Source: Eledone cirrhosa (Eukaryota). Taken from it: 64,000 bases of DNA. Positions within the stretch are counted from its first letter, which is position 1; every line of letters starts with the position of its first letter. The notes under the pieces are model-generated. The model was not told the DNA's origin. It did no database searches and saw only the letters and a list, made by a program, of their open reading frames with translations. The position numbers and the translations under genes are program-made. Below, piece after piece: positions 14,124-26,949 of this stretch. Location: NCBI GenBank assembly GCA_964016885.1, contig OZ024742.1, forward strand, positions 214,582,001-214,646,000. The letters are read 5' to 3'.

Positions 14124-14633
14124 GTATTCAAGAGTGAATAATCATAATATAATAATAATAATGTTAATATTCGGTTCGTCTGCAGGCGGTAGCAGAGAAA
14201 GAATAGTTAACAATTGTTTCGAAGTTATTGCACCTTATCATGAATATGTACCTTTCCTCGCTGTTACCTGCTGGAACTGCTGAGAATACAGAGTATTCTC
14301 AATAGTATAATTCGGTTATTTAGCATAATTTGCATACTGAGCGATTTTACGGCCGACCTTATTATTGCTCGGTATGTAAATCTGTAGATGTATACCTTGG
14401 GGAATACTATGTTTTCTCAGCAGTTTCCTGCGCGTAGCACCGATGTCAGACCCATAGACTAGATACTGGGCAATAACTCGGAAACAATTGTCCACAGTTT
14501 TCACTCTGCTACCGTTGGAACAAAAGGATGTCAGCGTCATCGAATAACACACATGGTGTTTAGAGGTATATTCCTAGCAAATGAACCAAATATTAATAAT
14601 ATAATATCATTATTATTATTCACTTTCGAATAC
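14124..14633. mobile_element. Old foldback element; arms ~14124-14230 / 14470-14633 with HHR relics
   Basis: Inverted similarity between the arms. A GAAA-CAAUUG-UH palindromic stem III is present in both arms; the cores are decayed. Confidence 0.55.
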
Positions 14634-14677
14634 ATTTAGTTACCCACCGTGCTACAGCGAAAACAAATTTTGTTTAA

Positions 14678-14823
<146 letters not shown>

Positions 14824-14994
14824 ACGCATGCATACTTACATGTATGTAGCAACTTTGCTAGGGCGAGAAATAAAATTATAACTTTATTGTAAATTAGACC
14901 ACCCATGACCCGTAGGATCACGTTCACTTAAACAATTTTTAAATATTAAAAATATACACAAGCATGTATATAATATAAAATTCAATTGGAAAAC

Positions 14995-15037
<43 letters not shown>

Positions 15038-15193
15038 TTGCACGGTTTTGATATGAAATCGTGTGTCGAAACAAATATTGTTATACTTGGGGAGGGTCAT
15101 ATTGCATCTCTTATATCTCAATAGTTAATTAATTTGGCAATCAATGTCTATCATTGATTAACCAACGGTTAAAAATACAGATATAAATCTCTC

Positions 15194-15382
15194 TCTATAT
15201 ATATATATAACTGAAAATGTCTGTGTGTGTGTCCTAATTTTTGCAAAGTCTATACAAATCCACATTTCTACTCCGATTGACTTCAAACTTGCATTTATAT
15301 ATTCTTTGTGCTCTAAAGATATTAATTGTAGCTTTTATTTTTCAATTTTCTGTTGTTAAAGGGTTGTTAAGTGCCGGTCAGC

Positions 15383-15471
<89 letters not shown>

Positions 15472-15794
15472 TCTCTCTCTCTCTCTCTCTCTCTTTCTTA
15501 GTCTGTATTTTTAGATAGATACATAGCTATAACTTCGCGCACTTATAATATTTGCCTGTATGTCTGGTATCTGCATTACGACATAGTTCTCATTGCTGAC
15601 GTATTATCTTCGCTATTTTCCGTTCATTGCCAGGGAACGTCTTCACGAACCAAAGTATCGTCTTCCTGTGTTCTTTCGGTTGCAACGTTTTTCGAAATAT
15701 TAGCTTCTGCGTTCACAGATTGATTTTTTTAGTTTCAGAAGATCCCGTTAAGGGTGAAAGCAGCGATTCTTTGCTTAAACTTTAATTTGTTATA

Positions 15795-15884
<90 letters not shown>

Positions 15885-16802
15885 TATATTCGTGTACCAA
15901 TATTTTTGCATACACAAAAACAAAAATATAAACAACCGTATTTATTTCACGAAAGCACAGACGGCTTATCGTCATTGTTACTGCCGATGTGCCACCCAAA
16001 AAGTCCCATTACTTTTGGTACAAGGCCAGCAATCACATAGTTAACGGTTCGGATATCACATGCATCACTGGCGAGTTTACTCCTACCTCTAACTGTTAGT
16101 CTTAGTGTACTCGTCCTGCTTTTAGGTCATGCCTCGAAGGAAGAGATACTCCATTGGCCGCAATACTGCGAAAGCGGCAAGAAAAGAACAAAGTGGGCAA
16201 ACGAATCGTCAGTGGAATCTGCTATTCGATGGTTGTAAGATGCTGAACTTACTGCCACAAGAAGAACACTTGAAACAGACAACCAACGAACTATTCGCCG
16301 AACCGTATCAGCTTTGCAATGTTTATCAACAAACCCCAGGGTCAGACCCTAACTGTTGCTGGTCTTCTTTTGAAAGAGTCATGTTTTTTACACGGGTAAC
16401 TATACTTTGGCTGCTCAAGAGTGGGAAGCAAGATAAATCTCTTTGCATATGCCCGACACGGTAGAACAAGGAACATAGTGTACAAGGAGGTGCTACAATC
16501 ATTGTTTAGGTAGACGAGGCAGATGTGGATATACACGATTGGCTGAAAAAGGACGAGACTATATTAGCAGTACGGCCAACGCTGCTATCACACCAATAGC
16601 AGCAAAAACAACAACAAAAAAGAGAGGGAACGCAATTACATGTTCTGAAAAATGTTAATGAAAAATTATTTGCCTAAGCACAAAATGTAGACACCATCCC
16701 AAGGCCGCGGTTTTCCGTACTTCTTTCTACTGTTTCAGAAAGGAGGGATAAACATGGCAATCTACGTTTAGAAGCCCGAGCAACACCGGGCCATTCTGCT
16801 AG
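15194..16802 (+). mobile_element. Non-autonomous Helitron
   Basis: 5' TC(TA)n end and a basic MPRRKR.. N-terminus. PIF1 helicase C-terminal remnant FAMFINKPQGQTL..CFLHG*LY.GCSRVG..TRNIVYKEVL at 16310-16497. 3' GCCCG..CGGGC hairpin followed by CTAG. Confidence 0.8.
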
Positions 16803-16804
16803 TA

Positions 16805-17154
16805 TATATAGTCTAACAAAGTTCTTCATCATCAGTGGTACTGTTATCATGTTTCCTCCTATTGTGTTGTATTGTAATGTTCACGCCATTTTTATTTTAA
16901 ATATTTATTTATTTATTTATTTACTTTTGTCTCCATCTCTGCGCATGCGCGTTTATAATGTTTGGTGTGTGTGTTCGCGTTTGGGTGTATGCGCTTTGGT
17001 TTTTATATTCTATCTTTGTTTACTAGTGTGTGTTTATATGTGTTTGTTGTTATTGTACTTGTGTATTACAATACTACACAATAGGAGGAAGCATGATAAT
17101 AGTACCACTGATGATGTTGCAGATGTGCAACGAAAGAAATTTGTTAGACTATAT
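16805..17154. mobile_element. Small foldback element; arms 16805-16878 / 17065-17154, HHR-like motif at 17104-17145
   Basis: CUGAUGA-U-GUUGCA(GAUG)UGCAAC-GAAA in the right arm. The left arm has stem II deleted. Related to window bases 1-37. Confidence 0.7.
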
Positions 17155-17326
17155 ATATATATGTATTTTTAACCGTTGGTCAGTCAATGATGAGCATTGA
17201 TTGCCAAATAAATTAACTATGGAGATATAAAAGAGGCAGAAGCGAAAACCAACCAATCTGTGATTGTGTTCTGTTATTATTTGTGGCAATATTATCACAG
17301 CAATAAGACCCTCCCCATGTATAACA

Positions 17327-17358
<32 letters not shown>

Positions 17359-17366
<8 letters not shown>

Positions 17367-17990
17367 AAATCAAAATATGGTTAAAAGAGTTCCATGTATT
17401 TTATTATTTGCATTTCAAAAACAAATATCATCATGGGATGATATTTGCGTTCTCATCAGATAAAATAGGAAGACATGATATGAAGCTTAAAAAACAATTG
17501 CGAGCAGTGAAGTGTTAAATCAACATATGAAAAATAAAATAAGATGGATATATGAGATTGGAAAAAAGGAAAGGAAACGGGGGGGGGGGGAGGGGTAAGG
17601 AAGAGGAAGAAAGAATATAGATAGAAGAAAGAAAATATAATAATAACGAGAGGATGACGGAGGAGGAGTATAAGGAGGAGTATACTCCCCCTCCGTCATC
17701 CGCTCCTGATTATTATATTTTTTTCTTATATCTATATTCTTTCTTCCTCTTCTTTATCTTTTCCTTCCTCCCTTCATTTCATTTTTTCCAATCTCATATA
17801 TCCATCTTATTTTACTTTTCATATGTTGATTTAACACTTTACTGCTCGCAAATGTTTTTTAAGCTTCATATCATGTCTCCCTATTTTATCTGGTGAGAAC
17901 GCAAATATCATCCGATGATGATATTTATTTTTGAAATGCGCATAATAAAATACATGGAACTCTTTTAATCATCTTTTGATTTTATATTAT
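17359..17990. mobile_element. ~630-bp almost spacerless palindrome with an HHR in each arm
   Basis: The ~310-bp arms meet near 17675. HHR motifs lie at 17399-17465 (-) and 17884-17950 (+). Confidence 0.85.
17884..17950 (+). ncRNA. Type I hammerhead with long stem II; A6G core change in this copy, core intact in the minus-strand twin
   Basis: UUUUAU-CUGGUGA-GAAC..AAAUAUCAUC/GAUGAUAUUU..-GAAA-UGCGCA-UA-AUAAAA. Confidence 0.7.
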
Positions 17991-18089
17991 TTATACTCCA
18001 GTCCTACAAACTATTGAGTGCTACTTATCCGATATTTGCATTGCTTTATTGTGCTACAATAAAACTCAACTCCTACATATATATATATC

Positions 18090-18139
<50 letters not shown>

Positions 18140-18334
18140 TATAAATATATATAAGCAAGATGTATGGTAGGTCGTATGTGAATCGCGGTGATCACGTGTG
18201 ACCTACCAAATATGTGACGGTAGAATATAGACCCCAACTATACAAGCGGAGCTGCTGATGTATACCACAATTTCAAACTGCTAGCCTTGAGTGATACGTT
18301 GATGTAAATAATGATCCTACAATCACATGTTATA

Positions 18335-18381
18335 TGCCTTGAAAAGTCCCACCATATGGTCGGACGAAACGGCTGTCGGCA
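18335..18381 (+). ncRNA. Type I hammerhead, U3:A8 core variant
   Basis: UGCC-UUGAAAA-GUCC..ACCA/UGGU..GGAC-GAAA-CGGCUG-UC-GGCA, running into AAUAAA. Confidence 0.75.
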
Positions 18382-18633
18382 ATAAACTCGTCATAATGTC
18401 ATAATAGTTCCTTTGTTCTTTTTCACTAATAAATATATATATATATATTTTTTTTCTTCCAACAGTTTAATTTAAATAAACCGTTGTTTTTATGAATTTT
18501 TGTGACACTCATTTACATACTCACTCACAACTCTGTATCACCCTCAATTATCTCCACTATCCACCGAATTTCAACCGCTGAGGTTGTCTTATTTCCGGGT
18601 ATGTCAATATTTATTTATAAAAGAAATCTGCAT

Positions 18634-18690
18634 GTTATCTGATGAAAGCGCACCATAATTTACCTTGTACGCCCTTGAAATATATATAAC
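18634..18690 (+). ncRNA. Degenerate hammerhead-like motif
   Basis: GUUAU-CUGAUGA-AAG..CUU-GAAA-UAUAU-AUAAC. The register at the cleavage site is off by one. Confidence 0.45.
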
Positions 18691-18789
18691 AAAATAATTA
18701 TGGTTTTATAATTATAGGTTCCATTTATTAATATATTGTATATATATATATATATATATATATTATTATTATTTCATTGTTTTTATTAA

Positions 18790-21700
18790 TTTATATAGTT
18801 TTATTAATTTATATAGTTAAAACTTAGACGAAAACAAAAACAGAGAGGCAGTACAAATAAGAGTTTATTAGGTTCACGCTTTTGAGAGTGTTGAACAACG
18901 TTTCGGGTATAAGCCCTTCATCAGGAGAAAAGTGGGTAGGAAGAGAGTTCCGAGGGTGTGTGGGGGAGTGGGGGAAAGACAATTAGACAAAAAGGGGGGC
19001 AGAAAAGGGAGGGAAAACGATTGAAGAAGTACAAATAAATATAAAAATAAACATAGAAATAAACATAAAAATAAAAATATCAAGTGGTGGAAGGGTGTGA
19101 GGCGTGTAGGGGTGGTGGTGGATGGAATTGGGAGAGGGAGGTGCGGGTCCGAGTGGGGAGGGCTGAAGGTGGTGTTTGTGTATGTGTGTAGGTGTACGTG
19201 TGTGTGTGTGTATGTGAATGTGAGAGTTGGGGGAAGAACGAGGTTCCATGTTCAGGAAAAGTGTGTGCGTGGGGTGGGGTGTAAGTCGCTGTGTGCGTGC
19301 GTGTGGATGGAAAGGGGTCAGATGGGTGGGGGAGTAGGGGCGTGTGGATTCGGAGGCTGAGCGTGTATATGTGGGCGTGTGCACGTGTGTGTCTGTGTTT
19401 ATACGTGGTGTGGATGTAGGAGGCGTGGTTCGAAAAAAAATATGATTGTTTGTTTGTGGGTAAGTTCCTAAAGTAGTTCCGTGGAGTGTGCGATGAGTTG
19501 TTGGATATTTTTCTGGTTATAGAGTGGATAGCTGGAACGATAACCGCTGGTGTGGAATCCATTTGTTGTGGTGGTCGGAAGTGGAGAGATGTGGGGTGCG
19601 CGCGCAACAGGAAGTGGTCACAGGTTCAAGGCAGGTTGAAGAGAGAGCAGTAGAGGAGGATGACAGGTGGAGAAATGGTCTCTATGTGGCGCGGTGGACA
19701 GGGGAGAGGATCGGTAGGTGTGAAAGGTGGAGGGGGAAGGTGGTGATGTGACGGGATGGGGTGTATATTAGTAGAGGTGTTAGTGGGATGTGAGTGTGTG
19801 TGAAGGGCTTTTGGTGGAGCGGGGATAGAATATGTGTTGGGGACGGAGGAGAGAGTGTAGTGTACTGGTGTGTGTGTGCGTGTTTGTCTGAGTGTGTGTG
19901 TGTAGTAGAGGGTGTTAGTATTACTGGTGGTGGGGAAATGGTTGAATGCGGGTGTGTAAGTGGGGGTTAATGGTGGTTGGGTGTGTGGAGTGGGTGGTGT
20001 ACGTAGGTGTGGGTGGGTGTGTGTGTGATTGTGTGTTTTCGTGTGCGTAGGGTCGGGGGGATGTTAGTGATATTATTGTGGGGTGGTCGAAGTGGATGTG
20101 GGTCAGGGTTAGTGGTGGTTGTCGGGTGTGTGGATAGTGTGAGTGCGTGTATATATGTACAGGTGGGTGTGTGCGTGTGGGGTATGTGGGTGCATGGGTG
20201 GTAGGTGGAGGGCGGGGTGTTAGTATTGTTAGTTGGGGGTGGGTGTTAGTATTGTTAGTTGTGGGGTGGGCGAAGGGGGTAGGGTGGTTAAAAGGAGGAA
20301 TGTGTTAGTGGGGGATGTATGTGTGGGGCGTGGGGTGGGGGTGGGGGGTTGTCGAAGGCAAAAGGAATAGGGTTGGGGAGTTGAGGCCGGGGAATGTGTG
20401 GGTCTGTAGGTAGAAGATGGTGCGTTGTTCGACCGTGAGGCGGCTGGCGGGTTTTCCATTACATTGGAGTAGGCCACAGACTGTGAGGTGGTGGGCGGAA
20501 TGTTCAGGGGAACCAAAGTGGCGGGCGATGGGGAACTACCACCGAGATAAATATCCCGGAGGTGTTCAGTGAAACGGTCTGCCAGGCGACGCCCAGTCTG
20601 TCCAATGTAGGTTGCGCTGCACTCTGTGCAGCGAAGTCCATAGACTATGTTGGAGGAGGTGCAGCGGTAGGCGTGCCGGACAGAGAGAGAGATTGGACGT
20701 TGGGACTCTGGAAGGTGGTGGTGTTGGTGATGTTGGGGCAGGTGTGGCAGCGAGGCCTGGAGCAGGGAAGGGAAACGGAGGTGGAAGAAGAGCGTGGGTT
20801 GGGGGTAGGGAGCTGTGGACGAGGAGGGTGCGGATATTGCGTGCGCATTTGAAGGAGGGTAGGGGTGGGGATGGGAAGATGGAGGATGTGGAGGGGGTCG
20901 GACCGGAGGCGTCGGATGGTGCGGTGGAGGGGTAGGTGGGGAGGTGGTAGGTGACGCGGAAGGGGAGATGGTGGGGGTGGGGTGCAGTGGCGTGGGATGA
21001 CGGCGGTGGAGCGTTGGACAGCACGGGCGCGAGTGAGGGCGGTGTGGATGAGGGAAGGAGGGCGGTAACCTCTCCGGATGAAATTGCTGACAAGGGAAAG
21101 TGCCTGGGACTCAAAGTCAGCATCTCGGCTGCAGAGGCGGCGGATCCGGAGGAGTTGGGAGTGTTTTGTGTGTGTAGGGTGGGAGGAGATGAAGTAGAGG
21201 TAGGAGTGGGAGGAGGTGGGTTTGAAGAAGGCGGAGGCGACGAGGGAGCGATGGCTGGGGTCGACGGGGACGGAGATGTCTAAGAAATGTTCGTGGTATG
21301 GTGTAGATAAAGGTAGTGAAGTGGAAGGAGCAGAAGAAGGAGAGAAAGGAGTCGAGCTGTTCTCGGGTGAGGTTCGTGGCTCCGATTTAGTCGTCGATGT
21401 AACGACCGTACAGTTCGGGCGTGCGGCCGGTATATCGGGAAAAGATTTAGGCCTCAACATAGCCAACGAGAAGGTTGGCATAGTATGGACCCATTCTTGT
21501 GCCCATGGCTACCCCCCCTGACCTGTTGGTAAAACTCACCCGAGAAGGAGAAGCAGTTGAGGGTGAGGACCAGATCGGCGAGGCGAAGGAGGTTGGGGAT
21601 GGAGGGGATGGGGGAGGGGCGAAGGTCGAGGTAGTGCTGGAGGTCACGTAGGCCGTCGGCGTGGTGGATGACAGTATAGAGCAACTTGATATCTAGGGTG

Positions 21701-23278
21701 AAGAGGATAGGGGGTGTTGGCCGGGTGGGAAAGTGAGGGAGTCGGACAGGCGATGGGCGTGGTTGGTTTCGAAGATATGAGAGGGAAGGGTGGTGACGAG
21801 TGTGGGCGAGGATGGAGCCAAGAGAGGCGGAGATGAGTTCGGTAGGGCAGTTGAAAGCAGAGACGATGGGGTTACCGGGTTGTCGGGTTTGTGGAGTTTG
21901 GGGAGGAAGTATATAGTGGAGGTGAGGGCGGTGCGGACGATGAGGTGGGAAGCAGTGGGAGGGGGGGAGGAGGAGACAAGGTGTTGGATGGTGGAGGAAA
22001 CTTGTTGTTGGTAGAGGGGTGTGGGCTCGGATGGTAGAGGGCTTCAGCCGTGTAGAGATAGAGGGTAGAGGGCTTCGGCCGTGTAGAGGTCAGCGCGCCA
22101 CACGACCACGGCACCTCCTTTGTCCGCCGGTTTGATGACGATCTCATATCGGCTACGGAGGGATCGGAGAACGAGGAGTTCACCCCGTAAGATGTTATGC
22201 CGTTTGGAAAGCTGGCGGATGTCGAGGCGATTTACTACGCTACGGCAGGCGTCAACGAAAGTGTCCAGGGTGCTAAAATACCCTGGGGCCGGCGTCCAAT
22301 ACGATGGTAGTCGGCCCAGAGTGAGTAACGGGTCTGGGTCGTTCGGAGCCGGTGGTGTTTGATGAAAATGTGCCTGTAGCTTCGTGCGTCGCACGAATAG
22401 CTCGACTTCCGTTCAGGTGCGGAACTTGTCGCTGTGCGGGGTGTGGGGTGTGAAGCGAAGGCCTCTACCGAGGAGTGAGCGCTCAGGAGTGGAGAGGGGG
22501 AGGTCAAGGGGTATGGTGTGGGTGTGGTTTGGGTATGAGAAGGGTGAGAGGAAGGTGTACTGAGGGTGAGATAGAGGGTGGGGTCGGGGTGTGTGTGTGT
22601 GACGGGGGGGGGAGTGTGTCGTGGAGGGTGGTGGAGAGGGGGGGATGGGTGCGGGCCGTCACGGGGATGGGCGAAGGGTGGTGGAAGTTGGTGGTGGGGA
22701 GGAGTGAGTGTAGCTTAAGGGCTTTGGTGGAGGTGAGGAAGGAAAAGAGGTCGTGGTTGAGGTTTTGGATGAAGATGGAAGATGGAGTGGGCGAGGAGGG
22801 GGTGGCATGCGGAGTTAAGGCGGAGGCGGGTGGGGTGAGGTTGTGGTCAAGGTTGCGGATGGTGGAGAGGGAGGAGCGGAGGGAGTTGCGCATTAGGAGG
22901 CGCGAGGATCGGGTAAGGATACGTTTGTTGGAAGGGGAAGCGGAGGGGGAGGTGTGGAAGTGTAGTCGGAAGCCAAGGGGGATGAGGTGGAAGTGGAGGC
23001 AGCGGCTGAGGAAATGGAGGTAGCTGGAATGCAGGATTTTGGCGAAGAGAAGGTAGGATAGTTGGAGTGCCGAGGAGAGATTGCAGGGTGGGAGGAGGGG
23101 GGTGAGGAAATGTTTGAGGCGAGTGAGGAGTTGGTGGAGAAAAGATTTCAGGCTGGTCATGGTGGGCGTGGAGTTAAAGCAGATGGAAGAGAAGGGAAGT
23201 GTGTGATGCTGGGGGTGAGTTGGGGGGACGAAGGGGTAAGTGCAAAAAGGGTAGACAAAGACAGGGGAGGGAAAATCC
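18790..23278 (-). mobile_element. Near full-length decayed Neptune-like PLE (ORF start 23160, EN ending near 20230)
   Basis: KPADKGGAVVVW, GVAMGTRMGP.YANL, YIDD (21390-21401), KPTSSHSYL, Cys linker CSRPRCHTC and CTECSATYIGQTGRRLADRFTEH. Multiple frameshifts. Confidence 0.88.
18890..18928 (-). ncRNA. HHR-like motif at the 3' end of the Neptune-like PLE
   Basis: CUGAUGA-A-GGG(CUUAUA)CCC-GAAA-CGUUG-UU. Stem I is not evident. AAUAAA lies ~25 nt downstream. Confidence 0.55.
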
Positions 23279-23334
23279 TGTGTGTGTGTGTGTGTGTTTG
23301 GGCGCTCGCGCGTGTGTGTGTGTGTGTTTGTGTA

Positions 23335-23394
<60 letters not shown>

Positions 23395-23589
23395 TGTTTG
23401 TGTGTGTGGACCTGTTGTATGCAGGATGTTTATGATAATTATTTGACAGCCTTTGAGAAACTAGGAATATATGTAGCCTCTTCAACCAATTCCAAGCGAG
23501 AAACACCGAAGTCGGTTGCTCACACTGCATTTTGGTGAGACTAAGGACGTTTGACGCTGGCCAAAACATTTAAAATTCATAGACATATT

Positions 23590-25956
23590 CAACACGTATA
23601 CATTAGGCATATTCCTAAAGTACAGTTTTGTCAAACAAATAAATGAGCATGCCATTTTCAGATGAAATTTCACTAGAAAATACTTGTGAGCATGTTAAAA
23701 AATATTAGAATTTTAAAAAACTCTTGCACATGGTAGATTATTTAACATTGATTAACTAATATGGAATTGCATATACAATATACGTGTGTATGTAATGAAA
23801 ATATAGTGTGCAATTTACCAGTTTATAAAATATAGTATTCTTCTTCAAATTGTTTAATGGATCAACTTTATTGCTTGTTCATCACTTATTTGTCAGTTTA
23901 ATCTGTTCATAACATTCATAAAATACATAAATAGAATAAATTAAAATTTGCGAGGTATATTTATTCATATATTTTAATATTTATAATTATATTAATATTA
24001 TAAATTTCAGATGTATAAACATCCAGTTGCTAAAGAGGAAAGAAAACATTTGGGCACAAAATATGTCATTCTGAGAAGAGAAAGAAATCTAGGAAAACGA
24101 AAATTCAAAGTTCATTAATTGAATTATGAAAGTTACGTTGATAGATATATCACTCTTGCTGCCGAAGAGAAAAATACAAAAAAAAAAAGAATTAAGATAA
24201 TTACTGGAGAATGTGAAAGTTTATAGGAAAAATTCAGCTTTCCAACTATCAACAAACTTTCAATACCGCGAAAAATAAAAAAAAGAATAAAAAAAAAGGA
24301 AAAAGAAGTGAAAAGATCTGGCTCTGCGAATTTCAATAATCTGTTTGACATTACAAAAATGATATGGGGTATGCTTAGCACCCGAAGATTTGTCATTTTA
24401 TGAAAAGCAAATTGAGAGTTGTGGAAAGGTTGGGTATACTACAATGAAAATAAACAGTGAAAAGAAAATCCATCCTTCTAAGAGAATTAAAAACAAAAAA
24501 CAAGAACTAGATCATGATAAGCCATCCTGCTCATACATTCATCTGGACTCAAATGAAAGTTATAGTGACACCGATACAAATAGCAGCGATTACAAACCTT
24601 CACCTTCACCTTCACCAGAAAAAAAACGATAAAGAGAAAACACAGCTCATGCTGTTAACCTAGTAAGAAATACTAAATTACCTATTAGAAAAGCAGCAGC
24701 AGTTTGCAACGAATTTAAAAGTGGTAGTATTAAGGTGAGCACCCCGAGTCAGTCGGCAGTGCACAAAGCAGTTATGAGAGGTGAGAAACTCATGGAAAAG
24801 TGGAAAAATGAACTCAAAAGGGAAAAATGGAGCCTTCATTTTGATGGAAAACGAGGTTGTAGTGATAAAAAATGATGAGAGATAAATACGCCTGAGGCCG
24901 ATGGCATTAACCGATGGAAAGGCTCTTACTATATTTAATGGATTGAAAGAAGTTATTGACAACTATGAACTGTGGGAATCTATCGTGATGATAGTCTCCG
25001 ACACAACTAGTGCCAATACCGGCAAAAAGGCAGGAGCTGTTGCCATGCTCAACAGTGAGTTCGCGCGTCGCGGTTACAGCAAGCTATTATATGTTGGATG
25101 CCAGCACCATATTTTAGACCGTGCATTGAAAGTTTATTTTGATCAACTATATAGTAGCAAAACAACTTCGCCATATATCAATTATTACTTTGTTGAGGGC
25201 ATTTTAAAGAACTATGACGAACTGAAGCAGAACTTTTCAAATGGAACGACGGAAATTAATGAAACCCCGACGCGCTGGAGAAGTGACATGGATTTCCTTC
25301 AGCATCTCATGATAGCCGTGCAAAAATAAATTTTAAGAAATTACCTAATTTGCACAATGCTCGTTGGAATAGCCGAGCAATTTATTTGTTGCTTGGGTTT
25401 ATTTTGATACCTGATGAACGAGCGAAGCTGCGCGCTGGTGCCGAATACATCTGCGGAATGTGTGAAAAAATGTGGTTCTAAAGTCAACTGTATAGAGCTG
25501 ACAGCAAGCAGAAATTCATTGACCAATTAATTAAGGCCAAGTGAGAAAAGGCTGCAAACACCGTCAGAACATTTTGGTCTAATGAAGAATCTCCAATTGT
25601 GACGCAACGCTCGAAAATTTGCGCTGAGCGAGCTGTAAAAGTTGTGCAGGACCTTTTGCCATTTTGTAAAAGTAGTAGAACTTAGAGACTAAATATTATT
25701 TAACTAATAATTAAAATAAATTTTTTATTGTCATAATTTTATGTTTTAGGTTATTATTTCATGGGACTGGCTAATTACCAAACAATGAAAAATATAATTT
25801 AGTATGTGCAAGAATGTTTTTCAAAATTTACCAAAAACTACTGTAATTCTTTCTTTATGACAAAAACCTCATTAGAAAATAGCATGCTTATATGGGGTTG
25901 TAAAAAAGTCATATGCCTAGTATAGATATGTGTATAACTCTATTTTGAAACACCTA
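23590..25956 (+). mobile_element. Decayed hAT-superfamily (hATm-like) DNA transposon
   Basis: WSLHFDGK, SDTTSANTG, CQHHILD (CxxH) and HNARWNSRA. Imperfect subterminal inverted similarity ~23600-23740 vs ~25795-25935. Confidence 0.7.
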
Positions 25957-26291
25957 TACTAAATTTATATATATATAAATGCACGTGTATGTGTTCGTGT
26001 GTTTATGTGTGTATGAAACTACATACTCTTTGTTTATATACAATGATCATATTAAATATTATTTTTCTCTCTTGCTCTTCGTAGACATATCACAGATATG
26101 TTTGCAACAGTCGAGAATAACTAACATCGCTGTATCAAGATTTGTTAATCATTCATTCAAGTTGTACTGACATGGAACTAGTTTAGTATACATAAATCTT
26201 GTGTAATGGACATTTGCTGGAGATACTCATTTGCCTATAGTAAGAACTTGGCTTGTTATAACATACATACAGACACACCCATATATATGTA

Positions 26292-26334
<43 letters not shown>

Positions 26335-26949
26335 ATTGACTTGTGCATGTTAAAAATATAACAATGTTGGTGAGGTGTTACCTAGCAGTGCTTTATAGAT
26401 ACTTGCATTTCGTGATAAAATACTTAAATCGAATGATTACTAGAAGAAACTAGAGCTATTTATATGTGTCGTTCATACACCCTTTAAATGGAAACCAGAC
26501 ACAATATGCCATGTTGATTTGTAAGCAGAAATATTTATTGGTTGTATAATTATATATCAATTATGTTTCTGATAAGGTTTTCGCCAGCATTTTATCAGTT
26601 AGTGTTTGTGATTTCTCGATTTGGTACATTTTCATCTGCCTCTAGTTTACAAGACAAGTACCGTCCAATCATACTTTAGAGGGTATTTGGATTTGGAGAA
26701 ATTTGGAGACATTAGGAGACATTTTGAGAGACAATAAGCATCGAATTGGATTATCTCCTTCGAATGTGTAAACATGTTGGTTCACCTCATTTTGCTTTTA
26801 ATGTTGGTGTTTCTGCAACTGGAATTTATCGCTATCGTTATATTGACTATCGAACTGTCGATAATTAATTACATGTTTAAAAACATATGTTATTAGTTAG
26901 TTATGTTGCCCTGGAACAGCTGGTACCGAACACTTTGTAGAATATAATG

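Larger units (their letters stand above)
15075..17330. repeat. Split inverted repeat 15075-15180 / 17163-17330 enclosing a Helitron and a foldback element
   Basis: The arms are reverse-complementary. Their outer end resembles the terminus of the 1534-2088 element. Confidence 0.65.
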
